Positions 27,303 through 35,598 of a DNA stretch of 64,000 bases are shown here, one piece after another (position 1 is the first letter of the stretch; each line of letters opens with the position of its first letter). The translations under genes were made by a program, and so were the position numbers. This stretch comes from Candidatus Babelota bacterium (lineage in GTDB: Bacteria; Babelota; Babeliae; Babelales; Vermiphilaceae): the NCBI GenBank assembly GCA_029262555.1, contig JAJCZE010000016.1, positions 25,129-89,128 of the forward strand, given 5' to 3'. The notes under the pieces were generated by a model. It was not told the origin of the DNA and ran no database searches. It saw only the letters and a program-made list of their open reading frames with translations.

Positions 27303-29494
27303 TGAAACGCATACTACTGACGCTACTCACTTTCCCCTTTTTACGTGGGTCAGAAATAACAAAAAAAATCCGTGTCGATGCCAAGCAAGAACTCGTAGAC
27401 TATTTTTACTTAAATATGGGACCTTTGTTTGATTCGTCCACTCAAATGTTTCGTATAAAAAATATATTGAATCAACGATCAACTAGCACCGAGAATATAC
27501 ACTTTGTTGGTATAGCGGATGTTAAAATGTGTTTACGGCCTGCTATACGCGCATACAATAACAAACTCGAAGAAGCCGTTAGATCATTTAACTTAACAGC
27601 CTTAAAAGCTTCAAGGCGATTTTTAACAGACAAATTAAGCGAACGAACTCTTTCCGACAATGAGCGCATTATATATTCCAAACAAATGCAATTACTCATA
27701 TATCATTATAATTCACAAAACATGCAAAATTTTATAGCCATTGTAGAGTCGGACTCACATGAAGAAGCTGCGGTATCGCTCTCTAGCTTACAATCTCAAT
27801 ATCATATGGGCGGATTAAATCAAGATGCCCTAAAAATTGCAGAAGAAGCTTTTCTTTCTCGGTCAGAAGCAGAAGGACTGCGGCAGTTTCACTATCCACT
27901 AGGTACAAATCTAGCTCCTTGGGTAAAATACTACCAGGATTGTGATAAAGAACGATTAGAAGGAGATTGGCTTTCTCTTAATGCAAAAGAAGGCAAATTG
28001 GAATCGCGCTTAAAGGATCCAGATCTCTCCCCCGAGGTCCGATTACATTTGCAACGGGAAAAAGACATTGTAAGTAGCATGCTTCGTCACCACTCAACGA
28101 CACCACTTATGGCAGTACGTCAAGGAAATCCTCGCTCAGCTTTGATTGCATGGAGAAATTTAGAGCAGTGGTGTAAAGATGGGCAAATTGATAGTAAAAC
28201 GTTTCAAGCGGCAAAAACTTTTTATTTACAGCGAAAAGATGTGCATGAATTGGAAGATTCTGCTGCAATAAGTGTTGAAAAACCTACTGAAACAGTTAGC
28301 TCTACAGTCGATGCAAAAATAGACTCTTCGTCCCAACTTGCAAGCGAATTTCTTAATACCGAGTTTGGTATCACACCTGATCGATATTTTAATTTCTCTG
28401 GCACGGCTGAACAGCTTAAAAATGATGCCGTTATCAAGCAAGCTCTTAATAACAATGTCAGTTATTTGCATCAGGCAAAAACGATTGAAGAGCAAGGAAT
28501 GTGGGCTGTAGCGATTCAAGCTAATGTGGAAGCATTTAAGCAAAATGAATCGGGAGCGCTCCAAGGGGCTACGTTTAGTGCGCAATCATTAGATCAGTCT
28601 GAATTGGTCGAAATTGCGTCTCAAGTGGTATCTCGGATAGGCGATAATGCGCAACACCCAATCAGCTTCATTCAAGAAAAAGTTGCCGAAGTTGCCAACA
28701 TTGGATGTGCAATAGCGGATCTTACTATTGGCCAAGCATTCCGAACTCCTGAACAGCAAGTACAGCGCATTCAAGAATTTGCTGCAACAATAGATTCTTA
28801 TGCCGGCTTGCCGTGGGCAGAAAAAAAGACAATCTTTGTAAATGCAATTGCGGATATTATTACTGTAACTGGATTTGCGACTGCAGGGAAAATGGTTACA
28901 AGCCTTGCTGCAAATATTCCCCAATATCTTCCCGCAATTACTGCCGCATTTTCGGAAGGAACCAGTGAACTATTAAGCGCATTAAGCGAGACGCTTTATG
29001 GTGCAAGCTTTAGTGGTGGTGGCGCAGCCGCTGCGCAAACATCTGCATCGCAGGAAGTGATTGCAAACTCAATTGCGCAAGTCGCGAGTGGATTTGCAGT
29101 GGCTATAGCTGCTGATGGATCAGCCACAGTAAGCATGCCCGATCCCTCTTCTGTATTACGGCAGGATAGTGAGAAAACAACTGGCGGTAGCGCTCCTGAT
29201 GTAGTAAAATCTAAGCCAGCGAAAACGGTTGATGATTTGATAAGTGAAGCAACGTTTAGAAAGCAAAAAAGAAGGGCTAAAATCTATGATAAATGTGGAA
29301 CATATCAAGACATGTTAAAAGATTTTGAAAATATGAATCTTACAGAAGTTAGAGATATTTCTTCGGGCAAACTTGGTAAACTTCCTGATGGAAAAGCTGT
29401 AACAGCCCGAATGAAAAGCTCTGACGGGGCTCCCACATTGGAAATTTTTAATCCTATCAAAAACAAAAGTGTTAAATTTAGATATGGAGATTGA
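27299..29494 (+). CDS. Large hypothetical protein (731 aa) with a short C-terminal toxin-like module
   Basis: Uninterrupted ORF coupled at both ends by 4-nt overlaps. The body is long and helix-rich, followed by a Gly/Ala/Ser-rich linker (GASFSGGGAAAAQTSAS...). The terminal module of about 90 aa reads KIYDKCGTYQDMLKDF...GKLGKLPDGKAVTARMKSSDGAPTLEIFNPIKNKSVKFRYGD. Its size, position and pattern are typical of the C-terminal domains of polymorphic toxins (inference). Confidence 0.7.
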   Translation: MMKRILLTLLTFPFLRGSEITKKIRVDAKQELVDYFYLNMGPLFDSSTQMFRIKNILNQRSTSTENIHFVGIADVKMCLRPAIRAYNNKLEEAVRSFNLTALKASRRFLTDKLSERTLSDNERIIYSKQMQLLIYHYNSQNMQNFIAIVESDSHEEAAVSLSSLQSQYHMGGLNQDALKIAEEAFLSRSEAEGLRQFHYPLGTNLAPWVKYYQDCDKERLEGDWLSLNAKEGKLESRLKDPDLSPEVRLHLQREKDIVSSMLRHHSTTPLMAVRQGNPRSALIAWRNLEQWCKDGQIDSKTFQAAKTFYLQRKDVHELEDSAAISVEKPTETVSSTVDAKIDSSSQLASEFLNTEFGITPDRYFNFSGTAEQLKNDAVIKQALNNNVSYLHQAKTIEEQGMWAVAIQANVEAFKQNESGALQGATFSAQSLDQSELVEIASQVVSRIGDNAQHPISFIQEKVAEVANIGCAIADLTIGQAFRTPEQQVQRIQEFAATIDSYAGLPWAEKKTIFVNAIADIITVTGFATAGKMVTSLAANIPQYLPAITAAFSEGTSELLSALSETLYGASFSGGGAAAAQTSASQEVIANSIAQVASGFAVAIAADGSATVSMPDPSSVLRQDSEKTTGGSAPDVVKSKPAKTVDDLISEATFRKQKRRAKIYDKCGTYQDMLKDFENMNLTEVRDISSGKLGKLPDGKAVTARMKSSDGAPTLEIFNPIKNKSVKFRYGD

Positions 29495-29496
29495 GT

Positions 29497-29907
29497 ATGC
29501 CAGAAAACTGGATGACATGGGAAGCTGCAAAAGGCCTAAATGCTAAATATTACATCGATACTATTTTAGATTCAGATGATGATGGGTTTATTATTGAGTT
29601 ATCTGAACAAAATAATAACAAAAAGAAGGTGCGAATTACATTTAAAGATTGGGTATGGTCTTATAAATACGTCCAAGAGATCTTTGCTACTAATAGACTT
29701 GATGAGGTAAGAGGCAAACATGAAAAAGATTTTTTCAAAGGACGCACTTTTTTTAAAATTTCTGAATCAAACTATTTACGCCAGTTATCTCAAGAATCCT
29801 CTGACATTTTGAATTATTATGGAGGAGCAATTCATTTTTGTTTTGTATCTGCTGAATCTATATTAGATGTAATTGCTAATTATGAGCCCACTATTGAATT
29901 TATTTAA
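29497..29907 (+). CDS. Immunity-like small cytoplasmic protein, paralogue A
   Basis: GGAGA RBS 7 nt upstream of the ATG at 29497, which lies 2 nt after the stop of the 731-aa gene. It is about 136 aa with no signal peptide, and is paralogous to the next ORF. Confidence 0.7.
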   Translation: MPENWMTWEAAKGLNAKYYIDTILDSDDDGFIIELSEQNNNKKKVRITFKDWVWSYKYVQEIFATNRLDEVRGKHEKDFFKGRTFFKISESNYLRQLSQESSDILNYYGGAIHFCFVSAESILDVIANYEPTIEFI

Positions 29908-29917
29908 GAAAAACAAT

Positions 29918-30349
29918 ATGACGAATAAAATGGAAAAATGGAAAAAGTGGGTGCCGACTAAAAACATTCCGGGTACATTATATTATGAAGAAATTGTCAG
30001 CAATAAAAAAGGTTTAACGTTATTATTTTCAGATGAATCAAATACCAAAACAATAAAAATTACGTTTAACGGACTAGTTTACTCATATAGGTTTACAGAA
30101 GAAGGATGCTTATTAAAAACATTGGACTATCTAGTAGATACACATAAGAAAAAAGACTTTCATGGTTGGTGTATGTTTGAAGTACAAAATTCAAACTACT
30201 TAACCTGGTTTAAAGAAGAATCCTATGATGCGTATGATACAGAAACATTTGCCCATTATGCCATTTATACCGAAGATGGATTAATCGAAGTGCTTTCTCC
30301 CTATCCTCCCGAAATTGAAGTCAAAGACCTTGTTAAGAGCTCAAAATGA
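29918..30349 (+). CDS. Immunity-like small cytoplasmic protein, paralogue B
   Basis: Three blocks align between the two paralogues: KTIKITFNGLVYSYRFTEE with KKVRITFKDWVWSYKYVQE, FEVQNSNYLTWFKEES with FKISESNYLRQLSQES, and HYAIYTEDGLIEVLSPYPPEIEV with HFCFVSAESILDVIANYEPTIEFI. The start is uncertain (29918 or 29930). The stop overlaps the next start. Confidence 0.7.
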   Translation: MTNKMEKWKKWVPTKNIPGTLYYEEIVSNKKGLTLLFSDESNTKTIKITFNGLVYSYRFTEEGCLLKTLDYLVDTHKKKDFHGWCMFEVQNSNYLTWFKEESYDAYDTETFAHYAIYTEDGLIEVLSPYPPEIEVKDLVKSSK

Positions 30350-30933
30350 AACTCCATCTTTTTTTATTGCCGCTATTACTACTTACTCAAACTACATTCC
30401 CCCATCAGCCCGCCAAAAAAGAGCTGAAAATTTACCGCGCCCCTATTGATTATAGCGCTGCTTTATGTTTGATCTTTGGAACAATCTCTTCAATGGGATC
30501 TGCTGCATTTTTTACACTATCCAGATATGAGCCCAGGCCTCCAAGCCACAAATCTTCTTTTTTGTTCGGTGTATTGCCGGCAGGTATCGCTGTCGGATTA
30601 TTTGCAATAGGATGGAAAGCGCAAGAACAATGGAATGTGCTCATGCATAAACCCATTCTCATTTTTGATGAAGAAGGGTTTACCTACGAACACTCAATGG
30701 GAGCCTTTAAAGATCGTAAGGATGTTCGCTATCTATGGAAAAATGTAATATCTCATTGGGTATCAAAAGTTATAAATGAATATGGCATCACCGAAAAAGA
30801 ACATTGGAATTATCACGTAAAAGGCATTGAGCGCGTAGTGAAAATTAATGCTTTAGAGCTTAATATTCCTAAAAATTTACGTGCACAAGTTCACTCTCTC
30901 AGGCAAGGCCAGATTCGAGCATTATCAATATAA
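30346..30933 (+). CDS. Two-TM membrane protein with a soluble C-terminal (possibly PH-like) domain
   Basis: Signal-like N-terminus, then two hydrophobic helices (ALCLIFGTISSMGSAAFFTL; FLFGVLPAGIAVGLFAIGW). The next segment (PILIFDEEGFTYEH...VRYLWKNVISHW) is reminiscent of bacterial PH-like membrane proteins, but that domain call is weak. It is the last gene of the coupled cassette. Confidence 0.65.
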   Translation: MKLHLFLLPLLLLTQTTFPHQPAKKELKIYRAPIDYSAALCLIFGTISSMGSAAFFTLSRYEPRPPSHKSSFLFGVLPAGIAVGLFAIGWKAQEQWNVLMHKPILIFDEEGFTYEHSMGAFKDRKDVRYLWKNVISHWVSKVINEYGITEKEHWNYHVKGIERVVKINALELNIPKNLRAQVHSLRQGQIRALSI

Positions 30934-31209
30934 TCAATCAATCATATAGATTTCATCACCTGCATGTGCCATGTGAAGCTCTTCGCGGGCAATTTTTTCG
31001 GCAAAAAACGGATCGTTGTGCCACGCGACAATTTGATGATCTAAAAGCAGTAGCTCTTTTTGCGTGTTTTCGATCTGCGCCACAATAAGATCATTTTCTT
31101 GCTTTAATTCATGAACGGCCAATATGCCTCGTGCTCCGGAATAATAAAACCATCCAAAAAGCATAATTTCTACTCCCAAAAAAAAGCGCAACAGTGTCTT
31201 TTTTTGCAT
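30934..31209 (-). CDS. ftsB: Septum formation initiator FtsB/DivIC family protein
   Basis: Single N-terminal TM helix, a coiled coil, and the conserved C-terminal pattern NDPFFAEKIAREELHMAHAGDEIY. I prefer the start at MQKKTLL (31209), because the upstream 11 codons are derived from the palindromic repeat. Confidence 0.78.
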   Translation of the reverse strand: MQKKTLLRFFLGVEIMLFGWFYYSGARGILAVHELKQENDLIVAQIENTQKELLLLDHQIVAWHNDPFFAEKIAREELHMAHAGDEIYMID

Positions 31210-31232
31210 TACAACTCCCTTACCATTCGCTC

Positions 31233-31364
31233 CCTTCGACAAGCTCAGGGCGAACGGTAGATTTATTAAACTATATCTTTTCTTCCTTCCTCTTCATGTC
31301 CTTCATACTCACCAATATGCCCACACAGAGATTTCATAGCCGTTCGTCCTGAGCTTGTCGAAGG
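31233..31364. repeat. Palindromic MITE/REP-like element (25-bp terminal inverted repeats)
   Basis: The left arm is CCTTCGACAAGCTCAGGGCGAACGG (31233-31257). The right arm is CCGTTCGTCCTGAGCTTGTCGAAGG (31340-31364). They are reverse complements with one mismatch, separated by about 82 bp. The element lies between the rapZ stop and the ftsB start. Confidence 0.75.
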
Positions 31365-31374
31365 ATACGAACAG

Positions 31375-32298
31375 CTAATATTCCTGATACGTATCACGTT
31401 CAATATCTCTATAACGTGCCACAAAATTTACCTGCTTTATTACTTGCTGGCAAAAACGATGTACCAGTGCTACTGATCGATGGCGTCCGCCCGTGCAGCC
31501 AATTGCAACGTTCATTGAAAAACGCCCTTCCTTATGAGACTGCTCAATTACATACGATGCAAAAGATACTAATCGTTCCCAATACTCTTTTACTGCAGAC
31601 TGCTCAAACAGATAGTTTTGAATTTCCGCATCAGTGCCATTCAGTTTTTTCAATTCGGGGACAAAATAGGGATTTGGCAAAAAGCGCGCATCAAACACCA
31701 CATTACTTTCTGACGGCACGCCATATTTATATCCAAATGCGGTAACTGTTACTACCATGTGCTGCTGCCCATCCGGCGCAAATGAACTGATCACGCAGTT
31801 ACGCAATTGATGAATAGTAAATTGATCGGTATCTACGATAATGTCTGCCATTTGTGAAAGTGGTTGCAATACATGCTGCTCTTGCTTGATCGCTTCTGAT
31901 ACATCTCGTGATTGCGTGGCCAGCGGATGGCGACGACGCGTTTCTTGAAATCGTTTTACCAAGACAGGATAGGAAGAAGTAACAAATACAATTTTAAGAG
32001 AAAATGGCCAAACTGTTTTAAGCCGAAAAAGCTGCTGCATAATAACACCAATATCGCCCCGAATATCCAAACCAAGTGCAATCCGAGAGGATGGTATTTT
32101 ATCTTGTGTTACGGAATCGAAAAATGGCTGCAAAAGTGCACCGGGTAAATTGTTGATACAAAAAAAACCAATATCTTCTAATGAATGCAATACGGTATTT
32201 TTACCCGCTCCTGAATGCCCGGTAACAATTACTACCTGCGTTACGCCTTCTTTGGGAGCAATATGCGATGCGGCTAATTGGCCTCTCTGCTTTTCCAT
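31375..32298 (-). CDS. rapZ: RNase adapter / nucleotide-binding protein RapZ (YvcJ family)
   Basis: P-loop VTGHSGAGKNT, the FFCINNLP motif, and the C-terminal GCTGGRHRSV motif. Confidence 0.9.
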   Translation of the reverse strand: MEKQRGQLAASHIAPKEGVTQVVIVTGHSGAGKNTVLHSLEDIGFFCINNLPGALLQPFFDSVTQDKIPSSRIALGLDIRGDIGVIMQQLFRLKTVWPFSLKIVFVTSSYPVLVKRFQETRRRHPLATQSRDVSEAIKQEQHVLQPLSQMADIIVDTDQFTIHQLRNCVISSFAPDGQQHMVVTVTAFGYKYGVPSESNVVFDARFLPNPYFVPELKKLNGTDAEIQNYLFEQSAVKEYWERLVSFASYVIEQSHKEGRFSMNVAIGCTGGRHRSVALVHRFCQQVIKQVNFVARYRDIERDTYQEY

Positions 32299-32415
32299 TC
32301 CATAGCCCCTTTTTATTAAAACACTAGCATTAGTTCAATGCAGTTTCGTATAGTTCAAAGCATGCAACTACTATACAGCAACACACTATCCGGCGACAGT
32401 AAAAAGGAGCAAATA

Positions 32416-33882
32416 ATGAAAAAATCGATACTTATAATTCTTCTTGCATTCACTACTCAAACTACAATTCCAGCAAACAACACTTCCGATTCTTCATATG
32501 CAGATGCATTTGATCAACTTGCATATAATTGGTCTCGCACGTTTGCGGAAGTGATCCAACTTGCAAAAAAGAAACATTATAAAGTTGCTGACCTTGAGCA
32601 ATCCATGGTAAAAGCAATTGATGCTTTTTTAACCAACCTCGATCCCCACTCCAGCTTTCTTGATCCTAAAACATATAAATCCATGCTTGAATCAACCAGT
32701 GGTCAATTTTATGGTATTGGAATCGTCATTGATAATACGCGTAAACCAAAAGATAAATACTTAACTATCGTAGATACTATTCCAGGCGGCCCCAGCGATA
32801 AAGTCGGCATAAAAGCACTTGATAAAATCATTGAAATCGAAGGCGCATCTCTTGAAGGCATGTCCACAGAGGAAGCTACTACCAAACTTAAAGGTCCAAA
32901 AAATAGCACCGTACACATCAAAGTATTACGAGAAAATCATCCTGATTTAATTTCATTTGATATTGAACGAGACGTAGTTAAAGAGCAAAACTCAATGAGT
33001 TTTTTAATTAAAGATTATGATATCTACTACATCTCGTTAAATATGTTTACCGAAAACGCGGTACAACAAATTGAAAACCTACTCAAAAAATCAACTGAAA
33101 AACCCCACAAGGGACTCATTCTTGATTTAAGAAACAACTCTGGAGGTCTCTTGCAATCGGCAATTGCTATCGCAGGTCTTTTCCTTGAGAAAGGCAGCCT
33201 CGTAGTGGTGACTAAAGATAAAACTGGCAAAGTAACCGAACAATACGTAACGCGCAGAGATCCTATTGCAAATGCCAAAATGCCGATCTTCATTCTCACC
33301 AATAACTATACCGCTTCCGCTGCAGAAATTTTGGCAAGTGCTTTAAAATCACATGCTCAAGAACAAGCCAAAAAAACAGGCAAAAAGCCACTCGTATTTG
33401 TTGTTGGAACACAAAGCTTTGGAAAAGGATCAGTGCAAGAAGTGATTCCAGTCGGTAATAATTGCGCGGCAAAAATCACCACGACGCTCTACTTTCCTAA
33501 TAATAGAAATATTCAAGGAGAAGGTATTGCTCCAGACTTTGTAGTAGAGCGCTGCATGCCGCCCACAGAACAAATGCAATGGTTTACCAAGCATTATGGC
33601 CGAGAAAGCGCTCTGAATAATTCTATTAAAACAGGCGATCACAAAGATGAAAAAAAGGCAGAAGCTCCCGCCAAAAAGGGCCCAACGCGTTGGACTGAAC
33701 GAGCAAAAGAAATGCTCAAAACAGATAACCAACTTCGAGAAACTATCAGCTTGATCAACCTGCTTCATACCTTTTTAACGCTCTGCCCAGAGAAGGTGTG
33801 TGATACCGATAAAGCGGTCGAGCAATTGCGTAATTCCCATATTGGAAACAACTCCCTGGACATTGAGGAAATCAAGCTCTAG
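32416..33882 (+). CDS. ctp: Carboxy-terminal processing protease (S41 family)
   Basis: AAGGAG RBS and a signal peptide (MKKSILIILLAFTTQT). PDZ domain (GIGIVIDN...PGGPSDKVGIKALDKIIEIEG). S41 catalytic region GLILDLRNNSGG, TASAAEILASAL and FGKGSVQ. Confidence 0.9.
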   Translation: MKKSILIILLAFTTQTTIPANNTSDSSYADAFDQLAYNWSRTFAEVIQLAKKKHYKVADLEQSMVKAIDAFLTNLDPHSSFLDPKTYKSMLESTSGQFYGIGIVIDNTRKPKDKYLTIVDTIPGGPSDKVGIKALDKIIEIEGASLEGMSTEEATTKLKGPKNSTVHIKVLRENHPDLISFDIERDVVKEQNSMSFLIKDYDIYYISLNMFTENAVQQIENLLKKSTEKPHKGLILDLRNNSGGLLQSAIAIAGLFLEKGSLVVVTKDKTGKVTEQYVTRRDPIANAKMPIFILTNNYTASAAEILASALKSHAQEQAKKTGKKPLVFVVGTQSFGKGSVQEVIPVGNNCAAKITTTLYFPNNRNIQGEGIAPDFVVERCMPPTEQMQWFTKHYGRESALNNSIKTGDHKDEKKAEAPAKKGPTRWTERAKEMLKTDNQLRETISLINLLHTFLTLCPEKVCDTDKAVEQLRNSHIGNNSLDIEEIKL

Positions 33883-33946
33883 CAGCTAAAATCAATGAAA
33901 AGCGGCTTCCAATGGCAATCTTTATTTACAAAAAATACCCGTAATT

Positions 33947-33968
33947 TAGGGGGCTTTCGAGCCCCCTA
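33947..33968 (+). terminator. Possible intrinsic terminator after ctp
   Basis: Hairpin TAGGGGGCT-ttcg-AGCCCCCTA followed by TTT (short U-tract). Confidence 0.5.
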
Positions 33969-33969
33969 T

Positions 33970-33997
33970 TTGACAAATGGTAAGGATGGAGTAAGAT
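33970..33997 (+). promoter_or_regulatory. Candidate sigma70-type promoter upstream of ogt
   Basis: TTGACA (33970-33975), 16 nt, TAAGAT (33992-33997). This is a sequence match only. Confidence 0.4.
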
Positions 33998-34209
33998 GAT
34001 GGTGAATGTACAAATAATTCGTAATGGGAATGGGGAATTATGTGTCGTAAAAATCGCTATCGTATGTTGATGACTGTGTATTCAAGTGTTTTCTTTTTGT
34101 TTCTCTTTGCTCTCGTGCATCACTCGGGGCCGAATAAGGCTACCTTAGGATGCTCTCTCGTTAATACTAGTAATTAATCATTTTTCACATGCATATAGAT
34201 TGATGATAA

Positions 34210-34818
34210 ATGATTAAACCCTTTCAAAAAATTTCTCGGTTATTCAAAAAAACAATACAAACCCCTCTTGGGCCAATGCTTGCCATTGCCGATACTGATG
34301 CATTGTATCTCTTGGAATTTACGGACAACCCAACTCTCAATCAGAAAACAACACGCTTACAACCGCTGACTGACGTTCCTATTCTTTCTACTGATATGCA
34401 AGTCGCACCCCTTGTTTCTATTCAAAATGAACTCATCGACTATTTCAATGGGACACTCAAATCCTTTCAAACTCCACTTCATCTGACTGGAACACCATTT
34501 CAAAAATCTGTCTGGAAAAGCCTTCTAAATATTCCTTTTGGACATACTGCTTCTTACGCAAACCTTGCTATTGCGATACACAAACCGACTGCCTTTCGAG
34601 CTGTAGCAAATGCCAATAAAGCAAACCAGTTCGCCATTATTATTCCGTGTCATCGAATAATCAAAAGCAATGGAGATCTGTGTGGGTATGGCGGAGGAGT
34701 TGAGCGTAAAAAATGGTTAATTGAACATGAATCAAACTACTTAGTAGCGATAAATCGCACCATAAGCAACTCTTTTGCTTCAAACGCACGAACTACTGAT
34801 GCATACCCTTCTAAATAG
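34210..34818 (+). CDS. ogt: Methylated-DNA--protein-cysteine methyltransferase (Ogt/MGMT)
   Basis: Active-site IIIPCHRII with the flanking DNA-binding helix (ASYANLAIAIHKPTAFRAVANANKAN). The conserved domain ends near KKWLIEHE. About 30 extra codons then overlap the convergent gene. Confidence 0.88.
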   Translation: MIKPFQKISRLFKKTIQTPLGPMLAIADTDALYLLEFTDNPTLNQKTTRLQPLTDVPILSTDMQVAPLVSIQNELIDYFNGTLKSFQTPLHLTGTPFQKSVWKSLLNIPFGHTASYANLAIAIHKPTAFRAVANANKANQFAIIIPCHRIIKSNGDLCGYGGGVERKKWLIEHESNYLVAINRTISNSFASNARTTDAYPSK

Positions 34819-35579
34819 TATTCAAATCCTTGCACACCTAAATTATGTATCAATTTTTCTTTATTCTGCTTATTAATGCGATCGCATACTTCTACATTAT
34901 ATGCATGATAACGCTCGGAAACATTTTCATACTCAATACTCGAAAATCCTGATTTTTGTAATAACAATTCATAACTTGCAATAGACTCTGCAAACATAGG
35001 AAATGAGTCAATATTACTCAAAGCAATCACAGAAGGCCCCCATGCATGCTCTATGGGACTCAACCAATCAATAATTACCAACTGCCCACCCGGCTTGAGC
35101 ATTCTATAAAATTCTTGAAAAAGATTCTTTTTATCAGGAACATGAAGAAGTACAGCCTTGCTGTATACAATATCAAATGAAGCATCTACAAAAGAAAGAT
35201 AATCATTAGAATCATTTACAGCATATTGCAATTGAGTAGACAGCCCGTTAGAAATTCGTTGCTGAGCAACGCGAATTGCTTCAGCGTTAATATCTAAACC
35301 AGTAATATGCATTCCATATTTTTGTGCAAGATAAACAGAAACACCACCCGTTCCACATCCAAAATCTAATGCTTTTTTGCTGAAAAGATTTACTCCTAAA
35401 AACATTTTTTCAATTTCAGAAAATCCTCCTTCAGACATCAATCCATCGCCATAATCGCCTTCAAGGGCAGAGCAATAATCTTGAGAATAAAGCGTATTTA
35501 TTTTTTCACTCAAATTATTTGACGCAATCACAACAAGAGAACTAAATAAAATAAAAATGGCTGAAAAAATTTTTCTCAT
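34737..35579 (-). CDS. Class I SAM-dependent methyltransferase (phosphoethanolamine/phospholipid N-methyltransferase-like) with a signal-like N-terminus
   Basis: Motif I ALDFGCGTGGVSVYLA and post-I ITGLDIN. FDIVYSKAVLLHV and LKPGGQLVIIDW are also present. The upstream YGDGLMSEGG resembles the YG.GF.S.GG block of PEAMT-type enzymes. The N-terminus is hydrophobic (MRKIFSAIFILFSSLVVIASN). Confidence 0.78.
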   Translation of the reverse strand: MRKIFSAIFILFSSLVVIASNNLSEKINTLYSQDYCSALEGDYGDGLMSEGGFSEIEKMFLGVNLFSKKALDFGCGTGGVSVYLAQKYGMHITGLDINAEAIRVAQQRISNGLSTQLQYAVNDSNDYLSFVDASFDIVYSKAVLLHVPDKKNLFQEFYRMLKPGGQLVIIDWLSPIEHAWGPSVIALSNIDSFPMFAESIASYELLLQKSGFSSIEYENVSERYHAYNVEVCDRINKQNKEKLIHNLGVQGFEYYLEGYASVVRAFEAKELLMVRFIATK

Positions 35580-35598
35580 ACTATTCTTTCAATTTTGA

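Noticed and set aside
27472-28924. Several 75-119-aa minus-strand ORFs inside the 731-aa gene, and similar antisense ORFs inside lon, gyrB, the ABC-F gene, glmS and others.
   Set aside because: All lie fully inside long, well-supported genes on the other strand and have non-protein-like composition.
34040-34177. A 45-codon ORF (MCRKNRYRMLMTVYSSVFFLFLFALVHHSGPNK...) between ctp and ogt.
   Set aside because: It is hydrophobic and could be a membrane peptide, but the RBS is poor and I have no comparative support. I left it out of the feature list.
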